DNA of 64,000 nucleotides from Adineta vaga (GCA_021613535.1 CP075497.1:1-64000), one strand, 5' to 3'. Shown: positions 50,925 to 63,700, counted from the stretch's first letter. Made by a program: numbers and translations. The notes: generated by a model from the sequence alone, not told the origin.

Positions 50925-52604
50925 CAGGGTGACTCATAAGTAACACGGCGATAAGAAACTTGAATATCTCCCTTATTTGTAGACCAGTCGAGCTGAAATA
51001 TCAGTACGAATTTGTAATTTGTTACACAGCCTAGTAGAACTGCATACGAAAAATTATATACTTTTCCAATGCTCTTTTTCAGACAGTTTCATCAAAAAGT
51101 TGAAAGAAAGTTTTTTTTTTATGTAGTTAATAGTGAATAGAGACTGAGTTCATACGTTTATTTAATCCAAATGTTCGAACTGGTGTCCATTAGTATCGAC
51201 GCATCTTTGAAGTCTTTCAGGTACTGATTCACAAACTTTCTTACACAGATCAGAGTGTAGTGTCGAAAAAGCAGAAATGATCGATTGCCTCAGACTAGAC
51301 AGGGTTCGTGGCTTGCTTTTGTATACGATGTCTTTGAGGTATTGCCAAAGAAAAAAATCAGCCGGAGTGAGATCAGGAGAACGAGCAGGCCAGTCAACTG
51401 AACCTCGACGACGAATCCATCTTGCTCTAAAATTTTCATCAAGCCAATTTCGAACATCAGAAGCATAATACGCTGGCGCACCATCCTGCATAACAATCAT
51501 TGATTCATCATCTGGTAAAGTACACAATACTGATTTTTATATGCAAAATATTCAACCATTACCTGATAGATCACAACATATTGGATAGAAGTAATCGTTT
51601 TACATTGCAAGATAACTTTGACCAGTCACCGTCCCATCGAAGAAGTAAGGTCCAGTGACACCCCCAGGCCAGATACACGCCCATACAGTAAGTCCTTGAG
51701 CTTGCATCGTATGCTCGCACGTGACATTTGGATTTTCAGTTGCCTAGTATGTAGAATCATGACGATTAATGTGTCCATTGAGTCTAAATATTGCTTCGTC
51801 TGACCACATAACACGAGAGTTGAGATTAGGTTCGTTTCGTAAAAACGATAAGAACGTCTCGCAATATTCAATTCGTTGATCGACATCATCTTCGTTCAGC
51901 TCATAAACTAATCTAAGAACATATGCTTTAAAGCCCACAGACTTGTAAATACGTTGAACTGAAGTTCTCGAAATATTTGTATCTAGTTCTGACTTCATTC
52001 GACGATGTGACGTTTGAGGTTCTTCTTTCGAAATCGATGAAACTGGATCTTTTGTAGATTGATCAGTGACTGATATTGGTCTACCAGGCGGATCAGTATT
52101 GAGTACGAAACCAGTCTGTTCAAATTTGTTCATTAGCAATCTTATCGTATCTCGATGTGGAGAATTCTCATTCATTTCCTTGCACCATAATCTTTGCACG
52201 TTGATTGGATATTCAAGACGATACATGTGTTTAATGATCCACGTTTTCTCGTTCACACTTAATTGACGGCGAGCCATATTTATTTCTGGATCTGAAATTT
52301 AAGAATGCATACAGTTAAGTGATACTAGACTGTTATTATCTTTATATAACAGTTGATAAACATGCGGGAAAAACCTTTATAAAAATATCCTGAAATCATT
52401 TGTTAACATTTTTGAACCCGTTCTAAGTTACAAGTTCGTACTGATATCTCTCGCATTAGTTAGATAGAGTATTGGGTGATATTTCTCGTATGGAAAAAAA
52501 CTTTAGATAAGCCTCTATCACTGGTAACAATTTCAGCTCGATTGGTCTACAAATAAGGGAGATATTCAAGTTTCTTATCGCCGTGTTACTTATGGGCCAC
52601 CCTG
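50925..52604 (-). mobile_element. Tc1/mariner element, DD41D (rosa-type), transposase disrupted (52277-51162)
   Basis: ~75-bp TIRs starting CAGGGTG, TA on both sides; WSDEA, QDGAP...WPARSPDLTPADFFLW with 41 residues between the second and third D. Confidence 0.93.
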
Positions 52605-53015
52605 TATTGTCATCCCGATCGTCATGATTGGGATCTCTATCTTTCCTCCATTGCCTACGCCTATAGTACTAGTGTTCACTCTACTACTCACCTCACGCCC
52701 TATGAAGTTGCCTTCGGTCGACATCCTAAAAGTCCCTTTGATCCAGCTTCTCCTGTTCTGAATCTTCCACCTCTCCATTCTTTCTATCCTTTCTTACAGC
52801 GTACTCGTCGTCTCCTTATATCTCAAGCTCGTAATAATATCCTTCGACAACAATCTCACTGGAAACAGCGCTATAATCTCAACCGCCGTAATCCCTCCTA
52901 CTCTGCTGGTGATCTACTTTATGTTAACGTTGGTCCCGGTCGTACTAAACTTGATTCTCGCCGTTCTGGTCCTTATAGTATTATAGATCTCTCCGGCACT
53001 CAGAATTATGTTGTA
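52605..53015 (+). mobile_element. Gypsy/Ty3 LTR-retrotransposon integrase C-terminal fragment
   Basis: YCHPDRHDWDLYLSSIAYAYSTSVHSTTHLTPYEVAFGRHP, then after a frameshift YNLNRRNPSYSAGDLLYV..KLDSRRSGPYSII (GPY/F motif). Confidence 0.85.
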
Positions 53016-54789
53016 CAGGGTCGGAAAAAATATTTTTCCAGGGGGGCACCGGTACTATTTTGAATAGAACATCTAATGAATTTTATACCAAAAGAAAGCC
53101 CGTAAAAAATGGGGTTTATGGATAGTAAAAAATAAGGGCTATGAGAACTTTTTGTATATTAAAACTTTGAAACTTTGAAGAATTTTTCATCACTTCATTT
53201 TCAAATTTAATGTTCGAATAGTCTTACGATGTAGAAAAATTCAATTGTTCTCGGGAATATGAAAATAGCTTTGTTCTAGTGACCATAGGATCTAACTATG
53301 ACTCAGAAGGTGCGATTTTTCTTTTGCGTTCTGTCGTTGCTCCACGTGGTCTTAGTGAATAAAATGGATTTCTTATCTTTCGTCTCCCTAAAAGTTATGG
53401 AAAAATCGCTCGAACAACTTATTTAACGGAGGTCATTTTTTGGTTGAAATCGTTCATAAACGAAAATCCATCCTTTCGACGAACTAATTATATCGTGTTA
53501 TTGTAAAATGGCTGACACTTATGATACCGAAGACCAGAGAGTTATCGACCGAATTAGGTGTATAGCTTTTCGTGAAGCTCGAGATGCTGGTGCAACATTT
53601 ATCAATCGAAATTGGATCGCCGAGAAAGTTCATCGTTCAATTCGATTTATCACAGACTGGTGGCAAAAGCCGTATGATCAATGTTTTGCTGATTATTCAA
53701 AGGCTGGTCGTAAGCTAAAATTATCAAAAGCCACTCAAGAAATCATCCTTGAAGCTAGTGGTCGACAAAACAAAAGCTGCCCTACGGTGGCGAAAGAAAT
53801 CGCGGAAAAACGAAAAGAGTACGTCCCATCAAGAACAATCGGTAACTACCGTCATCGAGAAGGTTAAAAGCCATTCCACGTTATTTCAAAACCACTGAGG
53901 ACAGAAACTCATATATCCGATCGATTATGGTTGTGTGATTGGTTGACAGATTGGACTGAAGAGGATTTTCTTCATCTCGCGCCGTCTGATGAATTCTATG
54001 TCTGGACTGTTCGTCGACCAAATTATCAGAATGATCGAATTTGGGCAAAAAGTATCGATGATATTGAAGAAGATGAACGTTACCGCGGAAAAGGGCTGGC
54101 CAATATTTTCGTGATGTAATCTTAACTGAAAACGTAATTCCATTCTTAAAAAATGAAGAAAATGTTATCGATCCCGATGAAGTTATATTTGTCCATGACA
54201 AAGCACCATGTATGCGGGCATATCCGACGCAACATTTGCTTCAAAATAATAATATTAAATTTTGGGGTAATGATATTTGGCCTGGAAATTCCCCAGATCT
54301 GAATGCTACGGAACATATTGGATCAATTATCAAAGACGAAGTTGAAAAAAAAATGTTATCAGAAACAAGAGATTCTCGCTACCTTGAAGAAACACTCAAG
54401 ATGCACCTCTCAGATGTTTTGACAAACATGGAAACCGACATCGATCTATTCGAAACTCTTCCATGTTCGTACCCATCTCGACTGCGTGCAGTAAAGAATG
54501 CTAACGGTCGTCATACTGATTATTGATTATATCAATTCAGCAATGAAGAATAATAAATTTTGTATGAAATTTAGCTTGAATTTTATCTTATAAGTAATAT
54601 TTCTCAAATCTATCACAGGTGAATCTTTCTAAATTTAGGCATTTTGATATACGAAAGTTCCCATAGCCCTTATTTTTTACTATCCATAAACCCGATTTTT
54701 TATGGGCTTTCTTTGGGCATAAAATTCATTAGATGTTCTATTCAAAATAGTACCGGTAACCCCCTGGCAAAATATTTTTTCCGACCCTG
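53016..54789 (+). mobile_element. Tc1-like element with DD37E transposase (53508-54526), disrupted
   Basis: ~140-bp TIRs starting CAGGGTCGGAAAAAATATTTT; PSDEF, HDKAPC...WPGNSPDLNATE with 37 residues D to E; stop at 53865 and internal deletion/frameshift near 54090; right flank is TT, not TA. Confidence 0.92.
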
Positions 54790-55985
54790 TTCATAAACAG
54801 TATTGTTGGTATCAACAAACATACTATAAAGTCCTGAACCAACTGTGGAAGCAGTAGCAAAAGTTATCGCTATCTAATTCCACGTACAATTTTCACAAAG
54901 TTTAGGTTGACTGTATGAAATAGCTGAGAAAAAGAATATAATTAAAATGTTCACTTTCAATAATTATTTCAATTGAAGAATGTACAAGCGAATTATAAGC
55001 ATAAATATCTATATATTAATAAAAACTACTAATATCATTTTTGAATGTCTCAAAAACAAATAACGCTCGTCGACGAAAAAAGTGCCATCGTAAAAACGAA
55101 GAAACTGGATCTTGTTGTTTTTGTCAAAATCTTGACTCGTCTTTCTTTCCACTAGGTCAATAGCTGCTACTTGGCGAATACTAATCAGGGTTTGTTCCAA
55201 TCATCCACCTGTACCATACGCATCATCTCTTTTAAGGACCTTTGTACTTATCAAACCAGTAGTTTCGAGACGAGTTTCAATACACAATATACCTACTCTT
55301 TCACGGCACATACATCACATAAGTCTAAACAACATACCTACAAACGAAATCACCCATTCCAAATGTATCCGTTACACCAAAACATATCCCGAAATCACCA
55401 CAAGCTTGATAAATAACAAGATCTTTAAAAAACTTTTCAAATTATTAGCAGTCATTGAGTCAGTCAAAAAATATTCATATACTGCACACTATCCATACAC
55501 GTATTTACCTGAAAAAAGATGTCATTCTTGTACCGTGCTACTACACAACGACCAACTTGTTTCTCACTAGATCAGTTCAATATATCAGGACAAGTTCCAC
55601 ACGCGTCGCAGTTATGCTTGACTCATCCACACCTCAATTATATAAGAATACTATATCTTTCGGTATTAGTGATGATAATATTATTATTGCCTCTTTTTCT
55701 TTTCTTCTCCTCCTCCTCTGCTTCATATTTGAAAGAATGAAGTTGTCAATCACATTCTTTTTTATGCTGATTTTTTCGTTGTTAAATCTGATAAGATTCA
55801 TTCATGTTTTTTTTTGTTTGTGGATAAACATAGATTATTCTCGCACAATCTTTTTGATGTTTTAAGATAAACGATATTATCGTGATATGCAGAGTTTACG
55901 TTGAATGTGTATTGACAAAGGTAGAATATAACGAAAAAAGTATTCATTTGTTATTATAGGTAAGGAAGAATAAATTTATATCACA

Positions 55986-57800
55986 ATGCAAATGTTAAAA
56001 ATCTGCTTCTATTTTATTCACTTTATATTATTCTTCGATTTAATTAAATCAAAATATGTATGTATGAATAATTCTGTTCTGACTTGTCAGTGTTCGGACG
56101 ATGCAGGACCTCTTTCGTGTATTGGAAAAAGTGATACAAATGATACTTTTGTAGATTGGTCAACAATTCCTTCAAGTCAATATGGTCGATCCTATTTTAC
56201 TTTTACGAATATAAGTCGTCTCAGTTACTTAACTTTTATTAATTTCACCAATATATTTATTAACTCTTACACATTAGATCTGACATTTATTGATGGTTTA
56301 GACGAAATAGGAGAAAATACTTTCTATGAATTTATTCATACTGATAACTGGATGATCGAACTTAATTTGACTTCTCCACGAGATTTTCAACTAGCTGATT
56401 ATGCATTTGGTCGTTCAGATTATTTTACACTCGTTATTCAAGATATTCAATATAGTTATATCTATAAACTTCCATATAAATTTAATTTAAAAGCTTTGTA
56501 CAATACAACAATCTACGAATTAACTATTAGAAATTCAGGTGAAATCGATTTTATTCCTACGGAATCATCAACTATTAATATATATCGATTACTATTAGCT
56601 GATTGTTCAATAAAAAATGTTACGCCTCTAATGGAAGCTCTCTCAATATCTCTCCAATATATAAATTTTTACTCAATTAATTTAACTGAATTACCATCAA
56701 TGACTAAATTCAAACAATTGAGTAAAATTTATTTACGAAATAATTCAATTGAAGAAATCAAATTAAATACATTGTCTCATATGCCTCGATTCACCACTCT
56801 TGATTTATCAAACAATCGAATTAAACAAATAGCACCTGACACATTTATTGGTTCGAATTTAATTACTTTGTATTTAGATTCTAATTTTCTTACATCAATA
56901 TCGTTTTTATATCCATTAAGTCAATCATTATCTTTTCTTACATTATCCAATAATTTTATAGAAGATTTAAATCCACTGAAGGAAATGTTCGAATTAATTA
57001 TTTTGGATATTTGTTGTAATAAAATTAACAAAATCGATGAATTTAATTTTAATAAATTATTCCGACTGACCTCAGTTGATTTAAGTTATAATGAAATTGA
57101 ATTTATTCATCCAATGGCTTTTAATGGTACAACGATTAGTTCTTTAAAGTTGGATGGAAATTTATTGTCTTCTCTTGAAGTTAATCTTACTGAAACAACA
57201 TCATTTCTTTATAGTATAGCATCAACAATTCTATCTTTATCATTTGTTAATTGTACAAAATTCTTCTATATTAATTGGTATGTTTTAACAAAACTTCAGA
57301 CATTACGTCAATTAGATCTCTCTGGAATAAATAAGACTGATCAATTTTGGTCTTATCGAGTAATAGATAATGATACAATGATTAACTGGTTCCATCGACC
57401 TTATATAATTCTGAATGATATTCAATTTACTGATCATGATTATTGTTTATCGACATCCATCACTCACATATTGAATCAAACAGTTTTGTTTGTTGATGAT
57501 AATCATCAATGTAATTGTTTTATATATAAATATAAACATTTATTTGTGAAAGAACAACGTCCATTGTGTATGTCTAATGAGATGATTATGGCAAAATTAA
57601 GTACACGATGTGCTGATATAGATTTACTTTGTGATGGATCATTAATATCGAAAAGCAATCAGCAATGGCGAATAATTTTAGCTGCAGTAATTCCTTCGGT
57701 ATTTATTCTTATCATTGTTCTGTTTTTACTTGGTGTTTATATTAACAAAAGAAAAAAACGAAGAGTCGTCATTGAAACTTCAGAAAATGTAGACAATTGA
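55986..57800 (+). CDS. Type I membrane LRR protein with short cytoplasmic tail
   Basis: Signal peptide, CxC cap, LxLxxNxI repeats, CNC C-cap, TM IILAAVIPSVFILIIVLFLLGVYI followed by NKRKKRR. Confidence 0.9.
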   Translation: MQMLKICFYFIHFILFFDLIKSKYVCMNNSVLTCQCSDDAGPLSCIGKSDTNDTFVDWSTIPSSQYGRSYFTFTNISRLSYLTFINFTNIFINSYTLDLTFIDGLDEIGENTFYEFIHTDNWMIELNLTSPRDFQLADYAFGRSDYFTLVIQDIQYSYIYKLPYKFNLKALYNTTIYELTIRNSGEIDFIPTESSTINIYRLLLADCSIKNVTPLMEALSISLQYINFYSINLTELPSMTKFKQLSKIYLRNNSIEEIKLNTLSHMPRFTTLDLSNNRIKQIAPDTFIGSNLITLYLDSNFLTSISFLYPLSQSLSFLTLSNNFIEDLNPLKEMFELIILDICCNKINKIDEFNFNKLFRLTSVDLSYNEIEFIHPMAFNGTTISSLKLDGNLLSSLEVNLTETTSFLYSIASTILSLSFVNCTKFFYINWYVLTKLQTLRQLDLSGINKTDQFWSYRVIDNDTMINWFHRPYIILNDIQFTDHDYCLSTSITHILNQTVLFVDDNHQCNCFIYKYKHLFVKEQRPLCMSNEMIMAKLSTRCADIDLLCDGSLISKSNQQWRIILAAVIPSVFILIIVLFLLGVYINKRKKRRVVIETSENVDN

Positions 57801-59403
57801 TCAGAGATGTCTATTTTTATCGCATTGGAATTTTTGCTTAGGTTTTATTCGCTTTTTAAATTTATCCCACGAAACTAGAAGATAGCACCGTTTACTTTTT
57901 TTGTTTTAATTACTTTCTCATCCGTACAAGTAATTTGTCTATAAGAGTTGATGACTAAGCATCTTGAGGGTGTAGGTGTTAAGTTTGAACAAATAGAACA
58001 CCACGAGCAGTTTTCATTACGATTATATGATTTCCCCGACTGAAAGGAGAGTCATGTTCGGAAAAATGTTACAAAATTTTTGGAAATGCGTTCGTATGTA
58101 TGTGTGTTTGTCCAGGGTCAAAGGTAAAAAACATCGATTTGGTGCATAACAAAGAATCAGAGGAAATACATATGTTCCTTTAAAAGTGAATGAAAAAAAC
58201 ACCATATACTGGAAGAGTGTGTAGAGACGACAAGACGTTGGATAGCTGAGTTGTACCCTCGACTGAAAGGAAGGTCATGGGGCAGAAAAGTGTGATCGAC
58301 AAGAAGAATTTGCTTGCATGTATGCTTGTCACGGATCAACGAAATGGTAACGAGACCTCTCGAAGTTTGTTATGGTGTCCTTAGTATAGTTCACTTGAAT
58401 GATGGGGATAGATAAAGAGAATGGAGAAAGACGTGAATCACTTTGCATGTATATCTCTACTCGCTCGTAGCTCATTCCTTTATCGTACGCACATAGTCAA
58501 TTCCTATTATATGAAGGATGAAGCGCATCTTTAAGCCCAAACTTGTATTCAACTATATCAACGCATTGAATGGTGAAATATGCAAGAATGCAAAAACCAC
58601 TAATCAGATTTGGAAGTTCAGAAGTTATGAAATAGTCTTTCTAGTCGAAGAATGTACGTGAAGCGATTGTGGAAAACCGAGTGATTGCATTTCTGCGGGA
58701 TAAATCTGTTTACAATTATCTCGATTCGATGAGTATTCACCACTTAGATATGGGATAATTATTAGTCAAACTATCCAGTAAGTCGATAGACTGCGGAGAC
58801 TTTGCAGTGGATAGCTGCTCCCTGTACTGTCTTTTTATGTCTATGAAAAGACCGAGATAGCCTAGGTTTACAGCTGTAAAATATGCTATGTTATCACAAA
58901 AAATTCATGATTTGAATGATGAAAGAGAAATGTGTTTTGTAGAATAACTGTCAAAAGAAGTTGTTTCGGCCTGTAACGGTTACATTTCGATAGGTATTAT
59001 TAACTAAGAATATTCGAGATATAAGAGGAATAGTAATTAAGTCGTGGTTATCAAGCATTGTTTAGGTCAGAATAAATATTCTATTAACATGTAAATAAAA
59101 ATGTTTCATAGTAGAGAGGATATCTGTGATTAATATTATTTGATAGCTGAGTCAGGATTGAGCTTTTTCAGTCGAAGATTAAGCGAGTCTCACTCGAAGA
59201 GCGTTATTTATTTTTAAAGAATTTTGGATATAGGTGCTATTAAGAGACATCTAATTCACACCCACACCCTCACCCGAACAAGCAGCCATATGGAAAAACT
59301 CTGCTGTGTATCATACTTGCTATAAATATCAGTGTCAAAAATCAAATAAGAATGGTATTTTTTGGGATATCTTGATTATGATCAGAGTTAGAGGATCCGT
59401 GAC

Positions 59404-61017
59404 TCAAGCCTGTTTTATTTTTTTCTTTAGTCTTTCAATCAGTTCTTTAACCATAACTACATAGTGGTAGTTTTGATCAAAGATCATTTGATAAATCACC
59501 AGTGCTTTCTCAGCATATTCTAATGCCAAGTCATATTCAGCTAATAATTCATAGATTTCTCCCATGTTAGTGTAGGAATCAGCTTGATCTTGATGATTTT
59601 CAGGGAGAGTTTTAAGACGCATTGTCAATGCTTCACTAAAGTATTCCAAAGCCTTTTGATAATCTTTGATATACTGGTAGACAACTCCGATATTGTTCAG
59701 AGACGTGGCTATACTAGGACTTAATGAATCAGGGTGCAGCTCTTTTTTAATGTCCAAGCAGATGTGATGGTAGTGTAGAGACTTCTGATAGTCATGAAGT
59801 GTTCGATGAAGTGTTGCGAGATTGTTATAAACATATGCTGTATCTTGACACACACGACCTTTGATATCAAGATGAATCTGCAATGCTTTTTCGTAATGTG
59901 CGAGTGCCGCAGTGTAATCGTGACGTGCAGCACCATATTGATAAGCTATACCCATGTAATTGTGTGCGAATCCAAGAACGATTGAGTCTTCAGATGGATT
60001 ACTTTCTTCAAGCTCAAGCACTTTGTCAAGGACTAACAAAGAATCTTCATAGCGCCCTTGAAGTTGCATTGTCCGACTAATACTACAGTAACATCGTTGA
60101 GTATAAGTATCGTTAGGTTGAAGAAGTTTGAGCATTTTTTCGTAGCATTGTAAAGCCCTCTCATATTGTCCCATATCTCTCAGTACGCTACCTAACACTT
60201 TAATACTTGTTTCTTGGCCAAGTTCTATTTTCTTATAATTATATAGTTCTCGCAATTCATTTTCATTTTCACCACATAATTCTAAATCGATAACATACAC
60301 CTGTTCATCATCTTGAAAATAGATGTTACGAAATCGGAATACAGACCCAAGCATAAATAAAATTTCAGCTTCGTCATCGCCAAAATTAGAAAAGTTCGTT
60401 ATATCAGCATATACTTTCGCATGTAGTAGTTTAGTATTTACTTCAATATGAAAGATGACGGGTTTGTAATCAGAGTAGCAACCAATATTCGACTGAGCCA
60501 TCATTAAAGCTACGGGACGTTTTACAGTTGTTGAAAAGAAACTATTCATTGATACATACTGACCAATACTTGATTGTATATTTTCCAGTTCTCTCAAGCT
60601 CAGTTTTTGACCTCGATACAACTTTAGAATGCATACATCTCCAGTCGGTAGGAATTGATTTTCATTCAATTGGTAATACAAATCACGAATGAAAAATCGT
60701 AGCGTATAAAGAGTGTCCATGTCACCAACCCGCAAGGCTTTGTTGAGAATGCCATAGAGAAAGACTTCTTTGGAATACCACCATAAACAATGATCAGGAT
60801 CATAGTCATCGCGAAACTTTGCAATATTGACTAGTTGTCGCTCGTTATCAGCATATTGTTTATTACATAAATCGATAAATTCATTTCGAGATGTACTCAC
60901 ATCACGTGTACGCATTCGAAGTAAAGTTTCAATAAAGAGTTGAAACCAAATAAAATTTCCATTTTCTTTTTGCAAATTTGTGTGCGTGGACTCACCGGAC
61001 GTCTTATAAAATGTCAT
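59404..61017 (-). CDS. Mono-ADP-ribosyltransferase (R-S-E type) fused to TPR repeats; 5' exon(s) decayed or unclear
   Basis: WWYSKEVFLYGILNKALR, LYRGQ, NSFFSTT, EAEILF, then kinesin-light-chain-like TPRs (IATSLNNIGVVY). Confidence 0.88.
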   Translation of the reverse strand: MTFYKTSGESTHTNLQKENGNFIWFQLFIETLLRMRTRDVSTSRNEFIDLCNKQYADNERQLVNIAKFRDDYDPDHCLWWYSKEVFLYGILNKALRVGDMDTLYTLRFFIRDLYYQLNENQFLPTGDVCILKLYRGQKLSLRELENIQSSIGQYVSMNSFFSTTVKRPVALMMAQSNIGCYSDYKPVIFHIEVNTKLLHAKVYADITNFSNFGDDEAEILFMLGSVFRFRNIYFQDDEQVYVIDLELCGENENELRELYNYKKIELGQETSIKVLGSVLRDMGQYERALQCYEKMLKLLQPNDTYTQRCYCSISRTMQLQGRYEDSLLVLDKVLELEESNPSEDSIVLGFAHNYMGIAYQYGAARHDYTAALAHYEKALQIHLDIKGRVCQDTAYVYNNLATLHRTLHDYQKSLHYHHICLDIKKELHPDSLSPSIATSLNNIGVVYQYIKDYQKALEYFSEALTMRLKTLPENHQDQADSYTNMGEIYELLAEYDLALEYAEKALVIYQMIFDQNYHYVVMVKELIERLKKKIKQA

Positions 61018-61738
61018 TGGAACGGTGTTCTTATCAAGAGCACTTTCGACTTGATGATTCTTTATGATTTGTGCAACTAAGATCGACGCGTTATGTTCAA
61101 TGCATTTTATCTAGAGCAGAAAATCTTCATAGATTCTGAATTTACTAGACGTTCAAGAATCAGAGATGAATGATTTGGATTCTAATTATTATACCACTGC
61201 ACGAGACGCAAAGGTTAGTAATGATATATTAAACGATGATATACAAATTTCATCGATGCATATATTACTATTTCTAGCGAACAAACAGAAATAATCAACC
61301 GTACAACGTGAAAAAAGATACTGATGACCACAATATACCATAAAACATCTGATTTTATTTCGAACTCAAAACGAAAACATTAGCATGTCTGTAGTTAAAT
61401 TCTGAATATATAACGTTAACTGTTTTATTATTTAATATGACGTAATTCTCCTTATTATTGTTCAAAGTAAAATTGTTATCTTAATCTAGCAAATATATAT
61501 ATCAAATAAAAGTCTACATTATGCGACGATATGAATATATATATATATCATTCTATTGTAGATTTATAATATTTCATATTTAATCAATAATTACACTGTA
61601 ATTATTTCTAATTATCGTACAAATCAATATGGAGACTTCACCAAACAAAACATTAAGTAAGATTTAAATCTATATTAAGAGTAAATTTTAAACGACAGAT
61701 CAATACTAGTTCAAGTTCTCTTTCCAATTAATAATAAC

Positions 61739-63700
61739 ATGGATTTCTTTTTATATCCAACTTTTAATCCATTTTTAGACGCTCCAATCAGTAACTTTGA
61801 TTATTTGTCGAGTCAAATAAAACATGAATTGTCTGCTGACCTCTCATCCTCATCATCTTTATCTAATTCTGAAACGCTACATATCCATGATTGTGCAACT
61901 GTAACAATCAAAGAGAAATCATGTGAACCTCTTAGTCCTGTTGAAAGCACAAATCATCTTGATCCATTATTTCATAAATCTGGATTTGAGGGTAAATTCC
62001 TTGTTCATCGATGATATCATCTCACCGTTCATTCATTTATTTAGATGCAATGAACATGGCATCAAAACATAAATTTAATTTAGCTATTCCATCACAAGAT
62101 GAAGATCCATGCAAGAAGTTTCGACTTGAAAGAAAATGTTTTGCTATCGCTTGCCGATCAAATTTCACCAGTGAGATATAGTTGACACATAATTATCAAA
62201 TTAAAATCACTGAACTATTATCTTTTTAATAGAAGAAGATATCTCCCATCATATTCAAAATGAATTTAATGAAAACTTACAATATATTTGTATTGCACGT
62301 TCGGATAAACCACAGTTTTATGGGTTGCCTTCTATATATTACATTCAAATAAATCTTCATAAAAAGATCAACAAGAAGAGATTGTTTTTAAAAGAAGTAT
62401 CAGGTTAGAATAATTTCACTTGATTTATACGAATGCTGACGACATTTTTGAATAGAATTCTATTATTAAACTGTTTTTAGGAATGAATTGTAATTATCAA
62501 GTAACACATGATAGTCGAGCTTGGAATGCATTCCTGAAAAAAGGTTTCCCTTTTGACTAATTTTTTTCTTTATTAAATAAATGCTTATATATATATATAT
62601 GTTTATTCTAGTTGGCGCATATATTGAATATGGACAATTTCGATCAGTAAGATCACGTCTCGGTATAGAATCGGCTCGGACAGATAGAAATAAACATAAA
62701 AAATTGAGAAAAGGAACTTTAGTACAAAGTCAACAACTTGAAATGAAAACAACGCAATTAATTGTAAAACAATTCGTCGAAATCATCACCACGAATGTAA
62801 GAACATCTATTGATAATGCCATTCAACTTGCGACTGGATTCATACCATATGAATGTGAACATGAAAAACAAATGTGAGTATCAGTACCTTCATTCCTTTA
62901 CAAGTTTCAAGAAATTAACTCATGTTTTTGTCTATCATTAATAGACTTCTAGAAAAACTGAACTCTGCTTACCAATTCTTACAAATTGATTCCATACAAT
63001 AACTATTTGATTTTCAATGAAACGGCCAGCAACGTGCATTTTGAGAACCACTTATCTGATACGTTTAAATGTACTCTGTTTGTCTCTTTCAGAATAATTA
63101 TGATTTTCTAGACATAAGCTTGTATAGTCAATTGTTCTATGATAGAATTTGAAAAAAATGTAGATCTTGTACATATATTGTCTGCGTAGTTTGTAACATA
63201 AATAATATGATTCTATTAAAATATTCTAGATTAAACTACAACACACACTGATGGCATCTGATTTGTGGCGTTTAGTTCAAATTATGATAGATTCAGCTAT
63301 CGAAGAATTTGTATTATCACCTGATGATAAAAGATCATCAACAACTGAAAATTCCAACGAACAAACAAGTAAATATGATCAACCATCAAATACTGATCGA
63401 CAATTTTGTTTCATCATCTTCAACAATCCAAAATGGTCTCATATACTTCGACGACACAGAGAAAAGGTATATGAAAACGAAATAAAGGCATTTAACTCCA
63501 TGATGTATATATTTTTTCTAGATTGCACAACAACGAGCACAAACTGTTACATCTGATCCATCAACTGCAAAGAGAAATGAAGAAAAAAAGGAATTGTCTT
63601 TGGATGACCGTTTTACTGCGCAATTACGACGACTATTCGATGATTATATGAAGCATACAAAACGACGATCTCCTATTAAATATTTCATTGATTTTACTGA
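61739..63700 (+). CDS. Multi-exon hypothetical gene, possibly disrupted; 3' end approximate
   Basis: ATG exon 61739-~61991 followed by coding-like segments separated by short GT-AG introns; no recognised domain. Confidence 0.45.

Noticed and set aside
55009-55865. Several short ORFs upstream of the LRR gene
   Set aside because: No recognisable motifs, overlapping frames and partly non-ATG starts; likely TE debris or non-coding DNA.
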